The notes below the pieces were generated by a model. That model was not told where the DNA came from and made no database searches. It saw only the letters and a list, made by a program, of their open reading frames with translations. DNA of 51,956 nucleotides, taken from the NCBI RefSeq assembly GCF_000181795.1, contig NW_003526948.1, positions 3,256,621 to 3,308,576 on the forward strand. The letters are read 5' to 3'. Made by a program: the position numbers and the translations under genes. The DNA comes from Trichinella spiralis (lineage: Eukaryota). Shown here piece after piece: positions 1 to 12,118 of this stretch. Each line of letters starts with the position of its first letter. Positions within the stretch are counted from its first letter, which is position 1.

Positions 1-649
1 AGCAAGAACGAGAAAAAGTTGAGAAGAAAGTTCGAGAGGAGCGAAAGCCCTCAAACATTAGTCATTCTGACTTTGTTCTTAAAGTAAATGGCAACTTTTA
101 ATATATATATATATATTTATTTATTTATTTGAAAAATTTACTCACCAATTTGTCAAATGGATGTTTCTTCATTTCGCTTCTTGCTCTACTTTACAGCCAT
201 TTGTAAAGCACAGTTGATTTTTATTTCAGGTAAAATGGGATGATTCAGCGGGAAATGTTTCTGAAGAATCAATTCGTGAACAGTTTGAAAAAGTGACAAA
301 TGAGAAAATGTTCCATTCAATGAACGTATTTGCATATTCAATATTTTAGTTTTGCGTAGTGGAAGATGTTATTGTTAGCAAAGGTTTGAAAAAGTTCGCC
401 ATTTTGAGCTTTGGCAGTGAGGAAGCGATGTCGAAAGCGAAAGCAGCATGCGATGGTTCGGCGGTGCCGTTTCGATACGCGTCGGACAAATCGAAGCAAT
501 GTGACCAAGCTACCGAAACTACTGCAGAATTCAATCCAACGAATGAATATCTCGATCGAACCACACTCAAAGGACATTTACAGTTTGAAAGTGATATATT
601 ATCCCGAATGCGCGAAGCTGCCTTGAAACAAAATGCCTCCAAACAGTAG
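1..649 (+). CDS. DNAJC17: DnaJ homolog subfamily C member 17 (Cwc23-like), 3' part with RRM; 5' end lies outside the window
   Basis: Exons <1-83, 230-292 and 350-649 join in phase 0 through GT..AG introns. Translation: ...QEREKVEKKVREERK...FVLK|VKWDDSAGNVSEESIREQFEK|FCVVEDVIVSKGLKKFAILSFGSEEAMSKA...QFESDILSRMREAALKQ*. The 'LKVKW' RRM start and the 'F/YES.(I/V)..RMR.AA' C-terminal motif match DNAJC17 as I recall it. The J-domain is not in the window. AATAAA near 938. Confidence 0.75.
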
Positions 650-2738
650 CGAGTGAACAGATTTTATGGCGCATGTTTTAGCAGTTCTAATTAATTAAAA
701 ACTCGGCCATATGTACACAATTGTGTGTATCACTATTATTATTGCTGCTTATGCTATGCTGAATTGTGTCAAGCTTATGATGTTCAAATAATGAGTGATA
801 AGATAAGAAAATGAATTGTGTAAATTTTTACAGCGTAGTCATCTGCTGTAATGTGGAACAACTTCTCCAAATATATGGTCTGATGGATATTAGTTCACTG
901 TTAAAATGTTATAAAATCACACTTCCATTCAGTTGAAATAAAAATTTTTCACATTAAATATTCTAAAATGCTACATCTTTAGTAAAATGATATCACCATG
1001 TTGAATGCTTTGTAATACGCTTAATCAATTTGACCACGGGTGTCGAACAAAATAGATTTATCATTTCTTCCCATGAGTATTTTCTTTTAATGAAAAATAC
1101 AATCTCGACTGTATAAAAAAAGTTCACCTAAAACGTGAACATTTAGACAAGTTGAACAACGGTTGTATTAGGGCATATTTTATTGCAAAATAGCACTGAC
1201 CTGTTATTTGTTTGGCAGGTTAGAAATATGCAAATGATGGTGTTATCTATGAATTTATCTATGATAAGTGATTTTCTTTCGTATCTTATAATCGTGAATT
1301 TTCTTCTTAACATAATGCGAGTTGTTTGAGCACACAGCTCATAACGTGTTCTGATATTTTATCATATTAATGCTATCATCAAAAATTACAAAAAGTAAAA
1401 GAACCCCGTGTAATAATATAACTGTACGTGTACATGATACGTTTAGATTTTATTTCAAGCTTTGCATTCAATTTTTAAACTTAAACTATTATGGGATTTT
1501 GATTTACTTTACGATAACATTAGTATATTAGAATTTTTAAAAACAGTTCTCGTAACATCATAGTATACTGTAAAATTGTACAGAAATGTAAGTACAAATT
1601 GTTTCGTGTTTGTTAAAAGTGAAAATAATACAAGTAATTGGTTTGCAACAAATAATACCGTAATTTTATTAATAAAATTAAAATTAATTTTCAACTTATG
1701 ACAATTTTATAGATACTGTACCATTTGGTCTGTAGCTCATCGATTTCATAACTATTGAGTTGTGTGTATGATAGATTTCGATTAGTTTTCTCATTAAAAT
1801 ACATCCTTATCAAAGTCAACGTAAGTTTATCAATAAATATACAAAATAGTGCAAAACGACAATGAAAAATTGTAGCAACCGCATACCCCGATTTGTGTAT
1901 TTGAAATTTAGACGCACCCGTCGATTGCAGATGAAAACATCGTCAACATCGTAAATTAGAATACATTTTCATCGTGAAATTTGTAACAACTTTGCATAAT
2001 GGTCGCCGTTGTTGGTTCAAGCTCGCCGCTTGAACGAGCACCGAATACGTTCGCACGGGCAGTTTGAAACAGTTGAATTCAACGCATAAAATTCAAATTT
2101 CACTTCGGTTGAAATGCGAAGAAAAAAGTTGTATATTTTTTCTATTCGTGGGAATCGAAGGAATCAATTAATAATCATCAAAAGCGAAAGTTTCGATTGA
2201 TTGATTTGCAGCAATTGAAATGTCACCAACAAAAGCGAGCGAGTGCACTGTAAAGCTGAAGGTGTTGCAAAATTGCATTGTATTGTTGAAAGTAACACAT
2301 TGGAGAAGAATAAAAAACTTATTTTTCAAACAAACAGAGAAAATTATTTGTTGGTGTTCGAAAATAAAATGTACATTATGTTTCGTTTTCCATTTTCAAT
2401 TATGCAGAATGGAGAAAGAAAATTTTCCGTTCCATTCTTAGTGCTAATGCAAAAGTGACTTTTCTCTCTTTCTTTTACTTTCTTTCTCTTTTCACTGCCT
2501 ATCTGTACAACATTGTAACGTTGAACATGTGAAAATTGTCACGTGAAAAGAAACAATAATAATAATATTGTAATGAAAAATTAATACTTGAATTTCTAAA
2601 ACTGTGAAAGAAAGCAAAAGAAATAAAAACTGGCTTGCTTGGGACCATTAACCACCGGCTTGCATGTAATCCAGTGTTGGTGGAAATTTTCGAAAATTGA
2701 GACGCAAAATAATACAATAAGCTTTTAAATTGGAAAGC

Positions 2739-2772
<34 letters not shown>
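2739..2772. repeat. (AAT)n microsatellite downstream of the klu stop codon
   Basis: About 11 AAT units read directly. Confidence 0.95.
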
Positions 2773-3046
2773 TGCAAACAAAAAAACAACTGGAAAGACG
2801 CGCGTGATTGATGCTAAGCTGTGAGGTTGATTTGTGACAAAAAGTAATATTCAAAGCTGAGGAGGATATTTAAATTTTGAAGAATGAGAAATTTGCTGAA
2901 TAATTTCCAAGCGACAGACAGAGAAAATGAGTGAACAGAAATAGCAAGTGAATAATTGGAATAAAATACCGGAAAATGAGTGGTGAGTGAGTGAGTGAGT
3001 GAGTTAGATGATCGACGGTCACTGGGGTTCTTTTGAGGAGTGATTT

Positions 3047-4843
3047 TCACTGTAGTAATTGGTCTTGTTCGTCTGCTGCTGCTGCTGCCGCCGCTTCGGG
3101 CGTAGCCTCCGGTCTGGGCGAACGGACGTTGATGGCCGAAATCGACGAAGCCAAGTTGGTGATGCCGTGCTCGACTGGAGACAGACTGTGCACTGTCAAC
3201 GGTGCAACCGGTGTCAAGAAGTTGTACGCCGCTTCGGGAGGCGGGTAGTAGAACAGCGACCTCAGACGGGGATCCATCAGCGAAATAACTTGGGCGTTAG
3301 TCGGATTCGACTCCTGGCCGGCGGCGGGTTCGACCGCCGGATTCGCGTCACCGTCGGCTGCAAGTTGGGCGGGGTCGACCGCCGTATTCGAAGCCCCGGA
3401 ACGCGAACGTCTGTTGGCGCGTTGGTTGTGACCGCCTCTCGTCGTATTGTTGTGAGTACGAGCATGGCGGGTGATCAGATCCCGTCGACTGGCCGCATAC
3501 GGGCAAACCGGGCATTGGTAGGGCTTCTCGCCGGTATGCGTGCGCTTGTGGGTACTCAGATGGTCACTGCGCGAAAATAGCTGACCACAAGTGCGACAGG
3601 AGTAAGGCTTGACGCCGGTGTGCAGGCGCATGTGCCGCGTGAGCATGTCGCTCCGGCTGAATGTCTTCTGGCAGACCGAGCAGACGTGCGATTTGGTCCT
3701 GGGCGGCTTGGGCGGCTTAGGAGGTTCGGCGGAACCGCCGGCTGAAGCCTCGTGGCTCTTCTCCATGTGCTTCAAATAACGGGCGCGTGATTTGAACTCT
3801 TGACAACAAATGGAACACGAATACGCGCACGGCGATGTCGAATTCACCGGTTCGCAGTGGTCGACGTTGGCAGGCGGCGGTTGGGGAGATGCGGCCAGTG
3901 GGCGTGCAGGATAGAACGCCACCGGACCGAACTGCTCGCCAATGCCGGCGATCACGTGCACAGGTGGCGCTGTCAAGGTCATTGTTGGCGCCGGAGCTTG
4001 GAAACAAGCAGGTAGCGGCAAGCCGCCTATGCGCACGCCCGCAGACATTGAACTGAAAAGCGACGGGAAGCTGAAACGGTAGCCAGTCAGCGACGACCTC
4101 TGACTCAGCGTCTGTGCCAACAGCATCGTTCCGTGCGTGGGCGTGGCGTCGACCAGCAGCTTTTTCTCTTCGTGAAAATTCTGGTCGCAAGACGGTCCCG
4201 GTTCCAGGCTAGTACTTCTGGTGCAGTGAGACTGCTGTGGCTGTTGTTCCTTCTGCTGACGCCGATGCGGATGCGGATGCAGATGCTGTTGTGGTTGCTG
4301 TTGCTGTTGCTGCTTCTTCTTCTTATTGTGTGCACTGCGACTGGATGCATCATTCTGGCCCGGCGACGTTTCAGCCCTGCTCGTTGCTCCGCTGACAAAA
4401 CAGTCGCTGTCTGACAAACTACGCCCACGCAGGGCAGCGGTTTTGGCGTGGTCGAACGAAAACCGTGAACGTTCAGCACCGGCAGTGGACTCGAATTGGT
4501 CAACGTCGGAAAATGGCGACACCGGTCCGGGGCTGAACGTCAGACAAGGACTGGGCAAATCTTCCTTGTAATCCGAGTCCGGGTCGGTTAAGTCCGAATT
4601 TGAGCTCTTCTTCTCCCTGAACACGGTCCAGGACGAGTTGTTGACGCTCGAACACAAGCTGGACGCGTATCCACTGGACGAATATACGGACAACAGGTCG
4701 CTCTTGTTGTCGTTGACCACCGGAGACGGAGGGTCCGGCGAGTCGACCGACGACGGTGGTTCCGGAACGTCGACAACCACCTCTGGCATTTTCAAAGCAA
4801 CCATCGATGACGTGCCGCGAACAGTGCTCTCCGACGTGGACAT
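3047..4843 (-). CDS. klu: Klumpfuss-like (EGR/WT1-related) C2H2 zinc-finger transcription factor, 598 aa, single coding exon
   Basis: One divergent finger (CSICCQEFKSRARYLKHMEKSH) then three EGR-type fingers: FSRSDMLTRHMRLHTGVKPY, FSRSDHLSTHKRTHTGEKPY and YAASRRDLITRHARTH. This arrangement is characteristic of Klumpfuss/KLU. The N-terminus is Ser/Pro- and Gln/His-rich. The first ATG at 4843 is preceded by an in-frame TAG, and a TTTCAG acceptor lies at about 4870-4875. Confidence 0.9.
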   Translation of the reverse strand: MSTSESTVRGTSSMVALKMPEVVVDVPEPPSSVDSPDPPSPVVNDNKSDLLSVYSSSGYASSLCSSVNNSSWTVFREKKSSNSDLTDPDSDYKEDLPSPCLTFSPGPVSPFSDVDQFESTAGAERSRFSFDHAKTAALRGRSLSDSDCFVSGATSRAETSPGQNDASSRSAHNKKKKQQQQQQPQQHLHPHPHRRQQKEQQPQQSHCTRSTSLEPGPSCDQNFHEEKKLLVDATPTHGTMLLAQTLSQRSSLTGYRFSFPSLFSSMSAGVRIGGLPLPACFQAPAPTMTLTAPPVHVIAGIGEQFGPVAFYPARPLAASPQPPPANVDHCEPVNSTSPCAYSCSICCQEFKSRARYLKHMEKSHEASAGGSAEPPKPPKPPRTKSHVCSVCQKTFSRSDMLTRHMRLHTGVKPYSCRTCGQLFSRSDHLSTHKRTHTGEKPYQCPVCPYAASRRDLITRHARTHNNTTRGGHNQRANRRSRSGASNTAVDPAQLAADGDANPAVEPAAGQESNPTNAQVISLMDPRLRSLFYYPPPEAAYNFLTPVAPLTVHSLSPVEHGITNLASSISAINVRSPRPEATPEAAAAAAADEQDQLLQ

Positions 4844-7800
4844 GCTCTTCAACTACAATTCAGGCAAACCTGAAATTACAAAAATAAATGCACAAACAAA
4901 CAAACAAACAAGTAAACAAGTAAATAAACAAAAGCTGATCGTTGGAAATGAGAGAATAGAATCGCACTGCGAATAGGTTTGCCGTGAAATTCGAAACTGA
5001 ACCTACTGTCGCATGGAAAAATGTGGCGTGGCAAAAATGAAAAAGCACGAAACGGAACAATTTTGAACGTCGAATCCGAAAACAGGTTCCATACGCCGAA
5101 AGCCGGTTGCGCGCAGACGGCCGGCTAACGGTCGTTTTGATTGATGCGACGTGCAGTTGCCGTTAACGAATATCACAAAAGGGGGATCAATTGGTGTACG
5201 GTGACGACGTTGGTCCCAAATTGGAACCAACTTTGCAGACCGACGGTCTTGGGCGCCGACCGGAAATGCTTCGGCTTGAACCACACCCCAATTTCGATCA
5301 CCGATCCACTTGAAAACTTGATGAAGACGAAGAGCAGAGACAACGAACGATACCGTCCGTCGGGAAAGAATAAAAAAACAAATGATAATTGAAAAAATTT
5401 CCCCAACAACAACAACAGATGCAAAAAGGCAAATTTTACGACATTCTTTTTTGTACCTTATTTTCCAAAGGTTACTGTATGTTTTGATCGAAAATTATCA
5501 CCGAAAAGTGGAACGATTTCACTTCTTCATTTTTTAAAAGAAAATCACGTACAAAATCAAATATATATACAAAATAAAAACATTCGTAACTTATTGTTTG
5601 CGAAAAAAATTTCTCAACGTACACTTTGGCAATATGACGGGAAAATTGATCAAACAAAACGCAAATAAAAATAAAAATAAATAAAATACTTCAATGTTTT
5701 AAACGAATATTTGACAAAAAACAAACAATTTAATTAAAAGATGAAAAGGACAGAAAAAAAATGCTGCGAAGATTGATTTGATTGATTGTTGTTTCAACGG
5801 GCAATTTTTGAAGTTATTTACAATCGAACTGCCAACTGTGAAAGATGTTCATTGAATGAACAAAAACACAGCAATTCATACAACTTACACTACCAATGTG
5901 GTGGTGGTTAATGTTGCCGTAGTTCTTCGTATACTGTACATGCAGTGGAACAAGGTTTGGGGGAGGAGGGGAAGGAAAGGCTGCGTAGAGAGTTGTTCAA
6001 ATTATACGATATTTTTAGATGATCACATGTCAAAATAAAACGAAAAAATGTAGCAGTTTAGAAGTGAAATTGAGCTAGCTTTCAAAAGCTTAAAGAGCTT
6101 TCATTATTTATTGCCAAATGATAACAACAATGGCAGCTGGTGTTACGCAAATGAATATCTTCTTTTTGAAAAATTTATGTTTATAAATTGTGATTCTTGT
6201 TCATTTTATTCATGTAGCCTTCGCGCAAATGGATATACATATATATATATATAATGTTGCAGATGTTTAATCTTCAGGCAAATGCTTTTTTTTATTTCAT
6301 GTTTAAGCTATTGCGAAAGACGCATTCTTGTATGCATATGATCAACAGATGCATGAAAAAGCTGTCTTTTTAAAAACACACAATGCATCTTTTCACAATG
6401 CAATAATTTTTGCAAAAGCGATGAATAAGTTGCACAAATGATTTCAACTTGCAGCTGCTGTGGCAAAATGCAAAAGTTGCGGACAACGTTATAATAATAG
6501 TAATAATATAAAACTGCGCGTATATTATGATAAGCAAGAAAGAAGCAGTACGCGTTGAAAGGTTTTCAACAACTTTTAGCAAGTGAAGCTTTTGATTGAG
6601 AAAAAACAACAAAGCAGTTGAAAGCAATGCATTTGCATTTAAAACAAAACAAAACAAAAAATAGCTTTAATTATATAATGTGTGGGGATGTTTGAAATTG
6701 ATTTTCTTTCATTGAAGCTTTTTTAAATATGTGTTAATATGATTTTGGAAATTTTGAAAGATCAAAAAACGAAAGCATTTGTTTCATCCAGCAGCATATA
6801 TGCAGTTGAAAATTGTTGGCGAGCTGCGAGCTTTCTTTCACGTTTTATAGCCACTTTCAATGCACAGCATTATCATGAAACTGAGACAATTGGAATGATG
6901 TGAATATAATTTTCGAAATTGAAAAACTTTTAAAGAAAATAGCAGCAAATCAATAAAACAAACACCACAATGATGATGATGATGATGGACCTAATTTAAG
7001 ATGCAGTTGAAATTGTTGGAATTTTGCCAAATCGAACTCTTTTTCTCTTATTATTATTATTAAACGCTTGTCACTGCTTTATTAGTAATTATTGATAATT
7101 ATATATTCAAATTAATCATCATACAGTTATTATACTAATATGAGAAAAAATTGGAAAATAATTCTTGTTCAAAAAAAACTCACAAAATAATAAATTAATT
7201 GACCATCCTCAACTAATCAAACAACATTATAACATATACAGCGCACAGTGATTTTTTTTTCATTTATCACATCTTGTATAAATTTCATCCGATGATATGT
7301 TGTTGAAAAAGAGAATAAGTTGTCAATTTATTTATTATTAGAAACAAAATCTAAAACGCATTCTTTGAAATAGAAATGCAAATGACGACATCACACGAAA
7401 TGCTAAAGCTGGCCGGCCGGCCGGTTGATGTGATATGAAATCATCAATCTATGAAATTAAATGTCACCATTGTTGTGTTGAATAAATTATTTTCATTTTT
7501 AATTTCATCTCGTTGTTGTTCATCATCGCTTATTCGTTTTTTTTGGGGGAGGGGGAAAGATTCAATCGAAGATGAAGAAGAAGACCTAACAGCTTTTTTA
7601 TGCTCTTGACTCTCTTCTTGTTTTTTTTTCAACTTCCCGTCCGCGTTGTACATCAGCATTAAATTAATACCATATATCTGATTAAAAATCACATTTCGCA
7701 AAAATCAACTCTGCCATTAATCAAAAATTCTCTTTTTCATCACAAACGACTACTTCTTCTAATTTCCAATTCTATTTGTTAATTTACCCCAAACATAATC

Positions 7801-8941
7801 ATTACACTTTCTTCACATACGTTATATGCAGTTTTGAAAAATTTGAAAAAAATTATCATTTTCATACACTGATCATAATTATTCCAAAAAATTAAAAACA
7901 GCAGCTATTTTTATTTGCTATTTAAAATTATATGTATATAATTGTAAATTTAGATGAGGTTGAGAAATTTGTCCAAACACAAAGCAATGGATTCCAACAA
8001 GCAATTCTGTTTGTTGTTTGAACTGTCTGTTCACCATCACAAGTTGAAGCAGTGAAACAAACTTTACCGTAAATAATATGATGATTCATTCAATATTGAA
8101 GATCAGATTAGCAGAGAAGAAATGATTTTTCATTTTTTTTCAATATCAAACTGTTTGCCCAATTGCAATAATGAAAATGGAAGAAGTGTCATTTAAATTT
8201 TGAAAAATTGTCATAGTGGAGAATAGATATCTCTCGCTCTCGCTCTGTTCGTGTCAATTGTGCGTTGTATAGGAGGCGGCGATTGACGTTCTCATATTGT
8301 ATATTCCCTTGTGAGAAAAATTTCCGAACGCATCGGAGGTGAAATTACATTTCAGTTCAGCGAACAGAAGAAGAAGAGGAAGAAGAAAAAAGGGGGGGGG
8401 GAGGCAGGGAGAGAGGGATATAGACAGAGAGACAGATATGCATTTCTCGAACATGCTCTTCTCTGTTGTGTAATTATCATTACTTTGCAATTGTTGAAAT
8501 GTCAACTTGTACTGATATAAATAATGTATAATGATGATGTGGCAAGTTGGGTTATGCAATAGACAAAACTATTGAATATTTGAAACTTTTCTTTGAAATT
8601 TTTCTTTTAACAATTGTACCCACGTTGAATAATCACAAATAGTGATCAATTTTACAATGTTGAAATGATTGGAAAATTTTAAATTCAAATTACATTCAAC
8701 TAAGCAACTTACGGAAGAAACTTTGTCAATGGGATGGGAAACAGTTTTTTCGGCATACAATTAGTATCAAATTCAAGTCGGCTTGGGAAAATGCTAGTAA
8801 GTTGACGGAAAATTGTTGTTGAAGAATTGTGTGTGTGTGCGTGCGTGCGTGTCCGTCAGTCAGTCTGCCTCTGTTTCTCACCGTCACAATCTGCATGGTG
8901 TCTCAATTTCAAAAGGGGCGCGTCCCGGTCGGTCATGCTGT

Positions 8942-8980
8942 CCAATGGACCAATAGGAATTGCCACCAGATGGCGGGCCA
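8942..8980 (+). promoter_or_regulatory. Tandem CCAAT boxes and a CTCF-consensus / E-box motif in a GC-richer island
   Basis: CCAAT at 8942 and 8950. CCACCAGATGGCG at 8963-8975 matches CCASYAGRKGGCR and also contains the E-box CAGATG. Confidence 0.4.
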
Positions 8981-11900
8981 GTAGAATAAAGCTGGGAGTA
9001 ACAGTTCGAACGAGATGGGAGGCAGTTTTTGCCGCGCTTGTTGAGCTGAATGAAAAGTCCGCAGCACAGTTTGACTAGCAACCGGCACAAGCTGGAAAGC
9101 TTTAAACGGAAGCGGACACAAAGTTACACGTCTGGAGGTCGATCAATAAAGCAAAGTCAGAAGAAGAAGGAGGAGGAGGAGCGTTTTCTAATTTTCACAG
9201 CCCAAGTATGCAAGGAAGAAAATCGAGAAAATCAAGAAGCAACGGTGCAATTCTTCAACGTCGGACATATACCGTGATCAATTCCACAGAAGCCAATGTA
9301 AAGTTCTTTTTTTCCCCATTTAATACATCATGGCTTTTATCCTCTGATATAACAGTAAATGAAGAAGACTATTACTATTTTTTTGCATTGGATGAGAAAA
9401 ATTACTACTGACAATGAATCATCAACGCCACGTTCAAATTACCATCCGTAATCAGAGTTAACAATTATCAAAGCAATTATCGTAAAAGTTACAATCTGTT
9501 TATGACAACCATTCACAATTTATACATTACAACTATTTAAGATCAATTTCAAAAATTAGCAGCTTCTCAATTTGTGCAAATATGCCGTGTGATCTTAAAA
9601 TTATACATCTATTTATGAATGCTAGAAGGAGTGATTTGTTTCTGTTGCTGTTGTTGCTTTCTGCTTTCGTCATTGGAATAATTCATTTCCTCGAATTGCT
9701 TTGGTTGAAAATCTATAGAAGCAAATTGGTCGAACACAAATCTGCAAACATCCGCTGAAGCGTAATCCTCAAATAAAAAGTGAAAACAAAGAGAAGGAAA
9801 AAACCACCCCGTGCTGTGTACTAGTGGAAAAGGGCAAACAAAGCAGAGATTATATATATACATATATATATATATATGAGCTTTACCTTTTCAGTTGGTT
9901 GGTCGTTTGAAAAGAAGGCCACTTTGGATTTGGAGAGGGAGAGGGGGAGGAAAAGAGAAGATGAGAGATATTCAGTGATTTCTTGAATTTGTTGTGCAGA
10001 AGGTTTTCTCCAACCAATGCAGGCAGCTAGCAAAAGCCAGCTAACTGCTCAAAGCGTGGTGGTTAGGCAATTTCTTTGCCCATGACAGCGAAGAGATCGG
10101 CTGTTTCCCTCATCGGTACTCTTCGGCGGACAATGTCGAACAGCCGCTCTCCTCTGCATTGATTTTTCTCTCATACGGAGCTATCACCGCACGCCAGGCC
10201 GTTCAAACAGAAGCTGCATTGATCTCATACTGCTTCTTCCAGCTATACCCGCCCTACTTGTTGATCACTTTCCGCTTAAAAATTGAAACTCACTGACCCG
10301 TCGGGTCCGAGAATATTTTCTTCTTCCAATTCTACTCATAGCTGCTGTTGTGGCAGCAATGCTAATTCCACTACATCCATCCATCCATCCATCCAGTCAT
10401 GATGCGCATTGTTTCGAAACATACTGAAAACACGGAATACAATTATGAAAATTCGATATGCCGTGGGTTTTCCCACCACCACTAATATGATCATTATTGT
10501 TTTTTGAAATAAAATGCACTTTTCAAAATTGACAATTCTCAAGCGAAAACGAAAACCGTCCCTCAACGTACGGTATCTCTGGAGAAAGCCCTGCCGACCT
10601 CAGAACTCGTGGGTGCAACAATCCCGACGTTGACCAAATGAATGCCAGTAAGTTGGGGCAAGGTTTGATTAAAATTTTCAAACTACTAAAACCGACCTGA
10701 GATTGGAATTAATCAATCAAAAATGACGTCCAAGAAAAGTCAATTTTATTCCAACTGATCAATTCAAGAGGGCGGCCAGCAGTAGTATTAGCACCGCCGA
10801 CTGAAGATGCAGCTTTGGAAAAATAACGGAAGAAATCAACCTTCCTCAAAAGCAACAACAACAACAAAGCTAACACGGCTTCTGCCATCACGCAAAGCAT
10901 GACAACGCTCTGCGTTTATTGATGCAGTATAAATTTTAAAAATAAAACTTTCACTCCACTCTCTTTTTCTTTTCATTTTTAATAAATCACATCATCATCA
11001 TCTCCATCTATTATTATTTGCACTAACTAACGCAAGTATTTGTTGCTTTATTATCCAAAAATGCATTTAATTTCAAAATTTTGTTAACCTTATAAAATAT
11101 ACTCTCATAATCCACTCATTTTTTGGACAATTAAATGTTAAAGAAAAAAAAATATTTTTTTTCAATACAACATATCACAATCAATTGCTTGTTCAATACA
11201 TTCCCTAAAAAAATATATACTTTCGCTCCTGTAGACTGCATGGTGAAAATTTATGCTTTAAAATGAATTTATCAAATTTTTAAATTCTCCACTTTTATAA
11301 ATTTCTAATCAAACGAACATTTACAATGTATTGAGAAAATTGAACAACTGCTCCATTTCTTATCATGATCTGATTGATCATCGTATTTGATTTTAAAGCT
11401 GCTTGCTGGACACTTTTTGTAAATCGAAGACTTCTACTAGTATTACTCAAATGAATGTATGCAATGAAGAAAACTTTTCATGCCTAGAGACAAGCTTCAT
11501 TTTTAAAATGGACTAACAATCAAACTTGCACTCTTGGTTCATAATGTAATTTCAAACGCTTCACTGCATTGGAAAAGTTTGGTTAATTTTGAAAATTTTA
11601 CATAAAAATTTAAATAACACAAATATGAACAACGTCAGGTCAAAATTGTTAGCTGTTGATGCAAAAACAAAATACGAATTTTGATATTTTAAATAAAATT
11701 TGATATTATCAGTACCATTGCATAAGTTGCAGAAAAATAATTTGCATACTGACACTGCCATAACTATTTGTAAAACAAGATGCTTATTACTGCTGAAAAA
11801 ATGCTCTTGAAATTATTAAACGACTACTGTGGCTTTTTATTTGCATTTTGTTAAATTTTTACAATAAAAATGTTCTAGCTTTTCTTCTTTTCTGTCATCT

Positions 11901-12079
11901 AATTTACAATAACATCCATGCGCACGTCTATATTCACTTTTCCATAAATAGAAACACAACTACTTGAAATGTAGTAACTTTCATTGGAAATGATTGTGTT
12001 AAAATTTAAATTCATCGAAGCTTGCAAAATTAGTACCTTTGGCGATCTGCTGTGCACAGTTAATTGCCACTATTTATTG

Positions 12080-12087
12080 ATATATAT

Positions 12088-12118
<31 letters not shown>
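12080..12118. repeat. (TA)n microsatellite
   Basis: Interrupted TA run read directly. Confidence 0.95.

Noticed and set aside
3033..4976. Many overlapping ORFs on both strands of the klu CDS
   Set aside because: Shadow ORFs of GC-rich coding sequence with no recognisable products.
10090..10155. Hammerhead-like words on the minus strand (CCGATGAG...GAAAC pairing with CGGCTGTT)
   Set aside because: The core is CCGAUGA rather than CUGAUGA, stem II is absent and stem I cannot form.
10205..10227. bantam/miR-80-family seed (TGAGATCA) on the minus strand
   Set aside because: Only the seed matches, and there is no complementary 5' arm for a 3p mature miRNA.
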